This document shows positions 53,695 to 64,000 of a stretch of DNA of 64,000 nucleotides, one piece after another. The notes beneath the pieces were generated by a model, which saw nothing but the letters and a program-made list of their open reading frames with translations, was not told the DNA's origin and made no database searches. The stretch is taken from the NCBI RefSeq assembly GCF_040938485.1, contig NW_027270935.1, positions 682,001-746,000 of the forward strand, given 5' to 3'. The position numbers and the translations under genes were made by a program. This DNA is from Diadema antillarum (taxonomy: Eukaryota). Each line of letters begins with the position of its first letter. Within the stretch, counting starts at the first letter, position 1.

Positions 53695-54593
53695 TACAGT
53701 AAACCTCGGATAAGTCGACGTCGAGTGAGTCGAAAATCACTTAACTCGAAGCAAAATAAAAAGTCCCGATTTTCCCCTATGTATTTTCCCTAAGAAATAT
53801 TTGGATAAGCCGAAGTACGAGAGTCGAATTTCGGCTGTGTCGAAGTAAAACATTCAGTCCCTTTTGTTCAAAATACACGGTAGTATACATCACTTGAGCC
53901 GAAGAATTGTCTGGCATTCTCATGACATTTAGAGAACAAAAAAAATCGGCATGTCGCAGAACCCCGTCCCTGACCTGCTGCAGGTAAGCATGCACACTCA
54001 CTGTACCGCTCCGCCGCGCCGCACGCATGTCGAATACATACACATGTATAGTATACACACAGCACATCGATCCATTTATCCATACACACAGCACATCCAT
54101 AGTTTATCCATGTCAAGCCAGAACTCCTTGGTCAACCAATCGCTGCTTTAATATTTTAGTGACAGGCCAAGTGGGCGGAGCTTGTTTGTGCGTGCCCGGC
54201 TGGCTGTATAGTTTTGTTCAATGGAGGTGGGATGGGCCTGGGAGAGTGTTTGTCTCAAGGGTAGGTTGACAGAGATGGCTACCTATATTGCACCATAGAC
54301 ATAACACATGCACATTGCCACATTCTCAAAACTACGTTTAACTACTAGTATTGATACAAATTCCGTGTTCAATTAAGAACAAAATAAGAACATTATCTTC
54401 AAGAACAGACAAATTTGAATGCAAACACACACACGCACGCACACACACACACACACATGCATGCAAATGTACCATAATACATGTACATAACTGTGAGTCG
54501 AAAAAAAATCGACTCTCGCGAGAGTCGAAGTTCACTTAAGTCGACGCATTTTTGTCAGTCCCGAGAGCTTCGACTCATGCGAGGTTTACTGTA
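53695..54593. mobile_element. Tc1/mariner-pogo (Tigger-like) non-autonomous element, ~900 bp
   Basis: TA-CAGTAAACCTCGGATAAGTCGA ... TCGACTCATGCGAGGTTTACTG-TA, with repeated GTCGA/TCGAC subterminal motifs. Confidence 0.85.
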
Positions 54594-56785
54594 TGTGACA
54601 AAGCTCAAGGCAATGAACTGAGATGACCACTGACAATTTGTTTTCACACTACACAATTTATTTCATGTGCATGGAAGACAACATTTCAAGTTCCAAAGAT
54701 GATAACAAACTCGTGATCTTGCTGCACTTCATATCATAGTATAATTGTACCTCAATCAGAGTGCACCATATCTTTTCCTTGTGTGAACTAGAATACTAAT
54801 CAGAACGCCTTACTCATAAGTTCCTGTTCAGTTTGGTATTAACTGTGAGTTTTCTCAGACATATATGTAATCTTCGTAGTCTACAAAATACTGAAAGAAA
54901 GTACCATACGCATGATGTACATGTAATTACTTTGGCAATTTGAGACAGGAAAATTGAAAGTCACAAATATGCATCTTGTGTGTGAAGTAAAATGTCTCGT
55001 GTTCCGTTTGTGCTTGCAAGTAGGTACGTGTATTTAAGAACTCTCATTTTTAGTGTCCAACAATCCACATACTGTACATACCTTCATGAAGAGCAATTTC
55101 TCCCCTGACCGCAACTTTACTTTCGAACATTGTATCTGTACTTCTGTCTTTACAACTGAACATGAAATATCACCTTCAAATGTTGCAACAGTTCATTCAT
55201 TCATCAATCATATGACCAGACAGACCTAACACAACGTCCGTGTATGAAAACCGTTTATACATGCAAGATTTATTAACATACTGCATTATTCTGGTGCAAG
55301 CTTGTGCAGTTGCAGTGCAGTTGCAGTTCACAGACACACCAATTAAGAGAAATAATTGTCATGAGACAGCACTGATACAAACACAGCACTGTACAAATAA
55401 AATGCCACCAATCCAAATTGTGGAGTGCAGTGTCTCACCATTGACTGTCGAGTGTGTTTGGATTATACGACGGCACTTTCCCATTTCAGTTTCTATTCTC
55501 TTATTTTTCTATACATTTTGGAGACATCGTAAGCATGAGGTTTTGACCACAGAATAAAGATTAATAATTATAATGATAATGAAATAAAAAAAAATGGAAT
55601 CAAGAGTAAGTGTTAAGTGAGAACAACTCAAAAGTGGTTATCAACACTGGGGAATATATACAGGAAGGAGAGACATTGTAAAGAAAATAGAGCAAGCCTG
55701 AGTGCTCAGAAGGTTTGTGAGATACAGCATGAAATAAGCTTTATAGTAGAATGTAAAACACTGAAAGCAGCAAATTTCCATTAATTTTAAATACAATATC
55801 CTGAATAAAAATAAAATGGCTAAATTCTTCAATTTGGGATCTCCAGAATACCAAACAGGGTAGATTGGTACATGTATAACATGACAAGAGAAATAGAAAT
55901 ACATTTTCTCATAATAATACATGTAGTGTAATACACTACTGTAATTCTTTTTAAAAGTAAAAGTTCATGATATGTACATGTATCTACTTTCTTGTTTTTC
56001 CTGCAATTAAAGCTTGAAAATATAGGCCTATTGAATAAGACAAAACTGCTGCTGTTATCCCATGTATTCCCATTCATACCTACATCATCATTTTACCAAA
56101 CATGTGACCTTAGTATCATAGACAAAATTATTGAACCTTTCTTCATCCATCTCAAGAAGAAAAGTTTCACTCCAATCAGTGATAGGCATCACACATCTAC
56201 AGCTAATTGCACATTCACCCAGTTAACATTCTATAGAAATGTATAAAAAGCCATTCTTTCTTCAAGGAGAGAGCTAGAGCAACAAGGTTGAAAGACTTTT
56301 TCATAATTGTAACTCAAAGACACACAATTAGTTCAACATGTGCCACTTCAAGATTTGCAAGGCTTAAATATATAAACTACTATGTAAATGTTTGAACAGC
56401 AACTTTTATTTTGATTTCACCATAAAGGTCCTGAATAACAGACTTGCACATGGAAGAATTTTGCTCACACATCCATGGCTTCATTCTTAAATTCTGAGTG
56501 CTTTAATGGCAAAAGGCAGAGTCTTCGGTGGTTTTCGCCGTAGAGTTTCAATTATTTTTTCTGGGGGGAAAGGTAGCAGCATTTAGACATAGTCCACTCT
56601 TCAAGGATCAACAGGAGAAATATACTGGAATGTCACGGTATATAAGTCACCTGTGCAACACCTTTACTCAATACGTTTGCAATTACTAAAGGACACTATC
56701 AAAGCAGGGAATATAGCATATTGTATTGTGGTTCATAGATGTCTTTTTGCATCTCCCCACGTTCTTGTCATTCTACTTTTGGTGC

Positions 56786-56934
56786 ACACATCCCGGACCC
56801 AGGAATTCCGTTAAGGGGAGGCGCCTTTACAAAATAAAAGGAGGCACCTCCTTTTTTCTTTTTATTTCTTTTGTTTTAACAAAAAATAAAGAGGGGGTGC
56901 ACGCCCTGTGCGCGCTCCTCTGGATCCGCCACTG
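56786..56934. mobile_element. CAGTGGCGGATCCAG-type MITE (PIF/Harbinger-like)
   Basis: Right end CTCTGGATCCGCCACTG, degenerate left end CCCGGACCCAGGAATTCCG. Related to 4076-4170. Confidence 0.6.
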
Positions 56935-58347
56935 CATAAGCCACAAGACATCATTTTGATGGAGCCGACAAAAGCTGTCAAAATACACCTTTTTTTTCAG
57001 GGGCGAGGTGAGGGAGCAAAATAGATAAAACACGACTGATGTAAAACACAATATTTTCGCAGCAAAGGTTAAGCAAAAGTATTCTAAAGACCATATCTTT
57101 AATCTTTATCATAGTATATTAATGAATTTGGTCTGGATGTTTATGAGAAGTGTCATGCAAAGAGTTAATGACACAACTTTACCTGAGCTGTAATAAACAT
57201 ACCAGGACATTTCAATTGATACTGAATTACAGTGTCGAGCATATACAGTTAGGAATGTGAACAAACATCAAAATACTCTATCAGAAAGTACATAAGTTAG
57301 CTGTTACACTTGTAAAACTGTGTGCCATGTGCACAACTCTTACTTACATTCTTATACACAATATGAAACATACTCAAACTTCTGAAAGTTGTCCTTATAA
57401 AATTGTACTAACAGCATGAATAAAATCTTTGGTAGGGAAAAATTTCCCTCATAGAGTGAACTATAGGTTGAAGGCATCAAATCTAAACTACATTTTCAAA
57501 TCTATAGCAACATACCTTTCACCCTGTAGATTAAGACTACATTCCATGTAGTACACATGTCAACATATGTATAAAATCTGTACACTATTGTCTAATTATA
57601 AGACAATTTCAAACATATGCCAGATGGATACATATCTAAGAAACAATGCAAAATGTCACAAGGTCTGGATGATACCGCATTAAAAAAGCATGACCAAAAA
57701 ATATGGTTCCCCCGATATTATGGTGCTCGCATTTGCTTTCTTGTCTGAGAAACAAACAAACACTGAAATAAAATACATGTTTTTCACTCTTTCCTTCATT
57801 CTATTTTGTCTCTCCCCTCCCCCCTTCTACAAAAATGAAACACTACACTTAATAGCACTACACAGCATTTCACCCCTTTTCTACTTCACCACGTTTTGGT
57901 ATGTAAGGTGGTTTCATACATTTGAAATCTTTGAAAGCTAGAATGTCTACAGACTTCATTTATCAGATATCATCATAACACTTTTAATAAACTACCAAAG
58001 CATACACTTAGATTGTGTATTTCATGGGAGAAAGCCACATCAAATATCTGTGGGGGTGGGGGAATACATGCACACATGACAAAATGTGTACTAAATATTT
58101 ATGGAATCCATCAGTTCTCTTGGCACAAAATCCTTCTAAACCCTCCAATTTCTATTAAATAGAGCAATGGAATTTTACATCTTTTCGGGTTGTCTTAAAA
58201 AAAGAAGAAGAGTATAAGTGCTAGTTCATGTACCAAATCCTATCATACGGAGATATCAGGGCCACAAAGCAGCTAGATCTGAGATTTTGTGGCACATTAG
58301 TGCCATCCAAAGGTCCCTATTATGATTATATCCCTTACAAACCAAAA

Positions 58348-59664
58348 ACTAGAAATATCACTTAAGGTGATTAATACCCCCGCCCCGTGACGACAGTCTT
58401 ACCCAAGGAACGATCTCTCCTTGATCTTCTACCATTTAATAGCCGTTACCATGGCAACACAGCTTCCGACACGTCCGAAAAATATGTCTTGCACATCTTC
58501 CCACCAAGACTATTGTGTGTGCCACATTTCATAAGCTTTTGTCAAAAACTGAGGAAGTAGTTCAATCCACAAGATCTTTCCTTGATCTTCCACCATTAAT
58601 ATGCCGTTACCATGGCAACGCAGCTTCCGACACGTCCAAAAAATATGTCTTGCACATCTTCCCACCAAGACCAATGTGTGTGCCACATTTCATGAGCTTC
58701 AGTCGAATACGGAGGAAGTAGTTCAATCCGCAAGATTTTTCCTTGATCTTCTGCCATTTATATGCCGTTACCATGGCAACGCAGCTTCCGACACATCTGA
58801 AAAATATGTCTTCCACATCTTCCCACCAAGATCAAGGTGTGTGCCACATTTCATAAGGCTTTGGTCTAAAAACTGAGGAAGTAGTTTAATCCGCAAGATC
58901 TTTCCTTGATCTTCTGCCATTAATATGCCGTTACCATGGCAACGTACTTTCGGGTACTGTCAAAAAATGCGTCTTGCACATCTACAACCAAAGGCACACA
59001 TCTGTACCAAGTTTCATGGAAATTGGGCAAAAACTGAGAAAGTAGTTTGCAACACAAAATTTTCCATCATTTTGGCTCATAATATGTGAGCTGTTACCAT
59101 GGCAACATACTTTTTGTCACTGTCAAGAAATGTGTCATGCTGACCTATATCCTAAGACAAACATTCAATATGAATTCCATGAGAATTGGAAGAACACTGA
59201 TGAAGCAGTTTTGCCATGAAGCATTTTGCCCTATATTTTACCAATAACATGCCGTTACCATGGCAACGCACTTTTTGCCGCTGCGGAAATATGTGTCTTG
59301 CACATTAACATATTCAGATGAACATCTGTACCTAATTTCATAAAAATTGATCAAAAACTGTGGGAGGAGTTCGCGACGCAAGATTTGTACCCATTTTTGC
59401 CCATAATATGCCGTTACCATGGCAACGTACTTTTGGGTACTGTCAAAAAATACGTCTTGCACATCTGCAACCCAAGGCACACTGTGACATCTGTGCCAAG
59501 TTTTATGGGAATCGGTTGAAAACTGAGGAAGTAGTTCGCGACGCAAGATTTGCAACGGACCGACCGCCCGACCGCCCGACCGCCCGACCGACCGCCCGAC
59601 CGCCCGACCGACCGTCCGCTGATTCCTATATACCCCCTTCAAACTTCGTTTGGCGGGGGTATAA
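58348..59664 (+). mobile_element. Helentron-associated (HINE-like) element with seven ~161-bp tandem monomers
   Basis: Perfect 11-bp subterminal IR ATACCCCCGCC (58374-58384) / GGCGGGGGTAT (59652-59662). 3' hairpin TATACCCCC..GGGGGTATA. (CCGA/CCGC)n microsatellite at about 59555-59618. Monomer anchors at 58443, 58604, 58765, 58928, 59091, 59252 and 59411. Confidence 0.88.
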
Positions 59665-59737
59665 TGAATTGCCTATACGTGTAATCATAAATACGATGTA
59701 GATACAATGTACTTGAAAATGATGTTTTGACATATAC

Positions 59738-59830
59738 AGTATATATCGTCGGGTGCCCGTGCATTGGCCACTAATGCAATACAATTTGTATTGCGTTAGC
59801 GGCCAATGCACAGGCACCCGACGATATACT
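59738..59830. repeat. ~90-bp near-perfect palindrome (45-bp arms, 1-nt loop)
   Basis: The arms differ by three transitions and one TA indel. Confidence 0.9.
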
Positions 59831-61337
59831 TTTGCCCTGAATACCCAAAGTCACCATGGAAAGTGCTTGCTCTCTATAAATTCACTGTAAAAGTGAAGTT
59901 CTTACGAACACTAATTTCTTACGAACACTAAAAGTGAAGTTCTTACGAACACTACTTTGCTGTCACATATGTGCATTGTGCCTCATGTGCTATTAGTGTG
60001 TTTTTAAGTTTTGACAAACACATGCAATCCTCCAATTATTTTCCATGTTGTATGATATGCTATATAGCAAGATGCTGGTCAAGTATCCAATTACCAAGTC
60101 TAGCAGGCTTACCATTTCTGTGAAATTCTAGTAATGAAATGCTTTAATGTCCTTCACAGGAGACAAACAAGCAGACATTTGAGACTGATCAAACAACACT
60201 GGTATGAAGTGTTGCTGCACACAGAGTAATATCAATTGCATTCAGTGTAGCACCCATTTACTTTCATGTGGAAGATTTGGGCTCAGCTTCACTAGCTTAC
60301 AAGCAGCCATTTAAAACATCTCATACTTTGGACTGTTGTTTTTTTTTAATCCCATTCACTCCTACTTTGGTAATTACAGTAAATTCTAACATGTATGTTG
60401 TGAAAAACAAAGAGGGATGGCACACACAATCACTGTTTTTCATGTACATGTGCATTTTGACACATAGTATCCTATAACTCACAACATATCATGTTGATAA
60501 ATACACTGTAGCTCCTTTGAAAGAATGTAAAAAGACTGGTAAATCAGAACCGACATATATGCACTGACAGGATCAACCTGTTCCTCTTCGTCTCTTTTTT
60601 TTTTTTTTTTAATGATGGACTCGGCTTCATTCTGTGGTTAAATATTCGACCTACTAAGTCTTAGTACAACTTGACCTTTGGTTACAGGAATCTATCTCTC
60701 TCTCTCAATCACTTTCACTCTCTATTCATCCAACTATGTACCTCTTTATCCATGTGGTGATTCATATATCTTCTCAACTAGCAAGACACTATATACATGT
60801 GAGGTCACATAAATAGGCATCTTGCAACAAGTTTCATTGCATTCATTCTTCAATGAGCAATTTACTCTTAAATGTCACCTACCTACTGAAGGAATATGTG
60901 ACATGAAACAATAAAGAGTCTACACAACACTCAAAATCATATTTGTGTTTCAAAACTGTTTGAGATGTGAAAGACCAGCATATGTATAATTCCAAGATAA
61001 ATTACGATTCCAATTTCAATTGAGGATGACTGATGACCGTTTTCATGTATGAAGAGTACACTTGGTCTCTTGATCAGCTACAACTGAACTCTAATTCTGG
61101 AGCCTTTTCTGCCCTAAAGTGTTATGTCCTCGTAATGACAAAATCGAAATCAAGAAGAAATTCAGAACAAATCATTGAGACATATGATCAACAACTTTCC
61201 AATCATCAGCATACAGTGTTCTTAACACAGAGATGTCCATTTAATCAGATCACATATATACATGTCTTGAGTTTAGAGGTCTTTTTTATATACATCTATC
61301 ATAAGATTTCCCACGTTGTGTTGCCATGGAGACAGTA

Positions 61338-63097
61338 TCATCTACAGCAGCCTCCCAGTTTTGTTCCCTCTTCTGGCTCTGCAGAGCTGTCTTCTCTACT
61401 GTATAACTTGATACTCTGGAGCTGTTCATCTATCTCTTTCTTGTTCTTGTCCATGACATTCTTCACAAGTGTTTCAAATGCCTGCACAGAAAAGATGCCA
61501 GAGTCAAGAATACGCACATCGATAGACGATAAAAGAATCATGTCAAGAATTGATCATTTGCATTTTTATACAGGAACATGTATCAGCCTTCACTAAAGTT
61601 GTCAATCTTAATTCATGAAGCAACAAACAAACACACATTTACTCTTTTTTCTCCTTTTTTTCTTTTAATTTTTCTTCCATACACTGATAGTTTGAAAGCA
61701 AACATAGTGTGTACATTCACATAATAATGATAAATATTATTGGAGATTGGCATGCAGAATTCAATAACTTGAGTTTAAGAGATTGACGAGAGATGAGAGA
61801 CAACCCCTCCCCGCAAAAAAAAAAAAAAAAAAAAAGGAGAGAGAGAGAGAAAAAAAAAATATATAATCAATTCATTAAAGGAGAAATCAGCTGGACTGGC
61901 AACTTGCCATACAAAAACTCACAATTACCTCTGTAAAAATGTCTAAATGGGCAAACAGAGTAAAAGTATGAACAATTAATGAAATACGAACAAAAAAATA
62001 CAATTAAAAAGCAAAAAAAAAGCAGGAAATTCATGCACAATGAAATGGCTGTGTTTGATAGTGCTTTTATGGAGTTGCTCAGCCAATTTTTGATTTGTAG
62101 TAATAATCCTACATAAACCCTTACACCCTTTGGTCTTTTAAATGCCGGTTACAATGAAGTAAAAATTCAGGCCACAACATTATCCACTCTATGTATTTTT
62201 ATTATATATTTGTTTGGTTATAATGAAATTTCGATATAACGAAAGAAAACTGCCGGTCTCGAAGACTTCGTTATTGTGCTTAGCTTTCTATGACATCTAC
62301 AAAATGAATATGCATCTAAATCACATGTGGTCTCCTGTTTTGATTTTATTTCACTGGTCAAAAAAACAACAACAACAACAACAACAACACAAAACAGCTG
62401 AATAACATTTCACTTCTTGACTTGACTTACGAGTTGTATATTGTCTCCATTGAAGGCACTAGCTTCGATGAAGTCAAGATTTTCTTTCTTTGCATACTGT
62501 AACAGAAAATGGGAGAAAAAGAAGTGAAGAAAGAGGAGAAAAGTTTGATCAGAAGAGTGCAGAGTAGGACATATGGTGAATTTAAATAGGTAACACTACA
62601 GCTGTTAGTATGAACAGGAACACTGACCTTAATCACAGAAAAGTCAAAGCCATATACATGCATTTATCACTATCCTCCCTCATTTCTCATTCTATCTCCC
62701 ATTGCCTTTTTTAAAATCGATCCTCTGAAAATAAACAGTTCTTTTAATCTTTAAATGGAACAGCACAATCAGCATGTAGCTGACTAATGCAAACCAAGAC
62801 ATTTTCTCTGGCATGAAACTTTTGCAAAGTTTCAGGATTCGTGAAAGTAAAATGCACCCAAAAGGTTTTGTCTGTATACACAATGCATTGATTGCCAGTT
62901 GCAATTCGCAATTCGCAGTTGCAGTTCATCCCGCGAAAAAGGCCACTGGCTGCAATTCACTAAAGTTTCATGTTGTGAATGTTTCCACTTTTACAGTAAC
63001 AGGTTCTTACCGACTCTCCCTCTTCCTTGGACACTACACGTAATGACTCGGCATCAGATTTATTTGCCACCAATATCTTCACAATGTCTCCAGCATC
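61338..63097 (-). CDS. Rab-family small GTPase, last three coding exons (5' exons not found in window)
   Basis: Exons 63097-63011 (DAGDIVKILVANKSDAESLRVVSKEEGES), 62496-62431 (YAKKENLDFIEASAFNGDNIQL) and 61481-61338 (AFETLVKNVMDK...TKLGGCCR*), all phase 0. G4 NKxD motif, G5 EASA motif and terminal CCX prenylation motif. Confidence 0.88.
62145..62274 (+). mobile_element. Terminally truncated copy of the CAGTGSACTCCC MITE family in a Rab intron
   Basis: CCGGTTACAATGAAGTAAAAATTCAGGCCAC...GAAAACTGCCGG..GACTTCGTTAT matches the interior of 16951-17139. Confidence 0.75.
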
Positions 63098-64000
63098 CTG
63101 CAAGAGACCACATTGGCACAGGAGTAATGTGAGGCAATGTCACATGATGGAGAATGTCATTATCTTCTCATACGCCCTATGATGCATAGTTCTATAAGAT
63201 GAAAATATGGTACTATTTGATAATGCCATGACATATCAAAATACAAAAGTTAATCAATAATTCAAACTTAAATCATTGATAGCAACCAGCTTATCCCAAT
63301 ATGCGGACATCCTGACAACTCAGTAATCATTGCAGCTATAACAGTCTATATTACTGTAATTCGATATCATATGTGTGTGATCAGCCCTAGAATAAAGATT
63401 AAATTATTTGTAGCCAATAATCAACTCTTCCAGTTTCAATAATGGTGGCTGGCTGTGAATTTAGATTTGTAGGTGTATACCTGCACTATCAGCATACCTC
63501 AAACCTGTACCTGTGAATTTTTTGCTTTTTTTCAGCTATTTATGACAAAAATAATTTACATTGATTTACAGATAAAAAAATGCCCAAAATGCATTAAGAC
63601 ATTTTACACAAATTACATTCTCTTCCCTGTTATATATATGCTGGTAAAACAGAAGAAAAGATCCATGAGTATTTGGTATCTTTCCTTCATTTTGGTGAAA
63701 ATTGAAAGGAAAAAATATATACACCTGGTCCAACACAATCAGATTCTCATCTATATCTCCCTGCCTTACAGTGAAACAGAGAGAGAATACATGTAATTGG
63801 ACATTTGGAGGGTAAAGTACCATGGAAAATAAGACAACAAAAGATATGTCAGTATGACTCATATCACGTCATTCTATTTTCTATGGGCTATAAATCGGAT
63901 AGCAGAGCTATAAGCACAATTATCTCCACTGTAAATACCACATGTGTACATTACCTAATAATACACATTAAACATTGGTGGTTGGTTTGCACACTAATGT

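Noticed and set aside
58443-59500. Regularly spaced repeats as a CRISPR-like array (also 0.9 and 3.3 kb)
   Set aside because: Whole monomers are homologous with no unique spacers, the context is eukaryotic, and there are no cas genes.
63734-63770. Candidate next Rab exon (QGDIDENLIVLDQ)
   Set aside because: It does not resemble the expected RabF/G3-helix-3 segment in any frame.

Overview
Eukaryotic, AT-rich, intron-rich draft-assembly DNA with four N gaps. The repeat content suggests a marine invertebrate deuterostome such as a sea urchin (inference). Six protein-coding genes were reconstructed exon by exon, with splice sites and phases checked by hand. In order they are: a short, divergent ELOVL-family elongase (-, 3 coding exons); RIOX1/NO66 (-, 15 exons); CMC2 (-, 3 coding exons); MRPL49 (-, 4 exons); FAU/FUBI-eS30 (+, 3 coding exons); and the last three coding exons of a Rab-family GTPase (-). 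Introns and intergenic DNA hold many non-autonomous DNA transposons (Helentron/HINE-like, Kolobok-like and piggyBac-like TTAA MITEs, Tc1/mariner-like TA MITEs, a 9-bp-TSD MITE) and two LINE 3' remnants. I cannot claim a proven new system. The strongest leads are: (1) a MRPL49-FAU head-to-head pair with about 57 bp between the MRPL49 ATG and the FAU TCT initiator, the same pairing as in human; (2) a frame conflict at RIOX1 intron 1 between a consensus GC donor and a weak GT donor 4 nt away; (3) transposon-borne ~160-bp tandem arrays that carry perfect nuclear-receptor elements (DR4/IR1/DR1) or RFX X-boxes; (4) a MITE carrying telomeric repeats inside a CMC2 intron.
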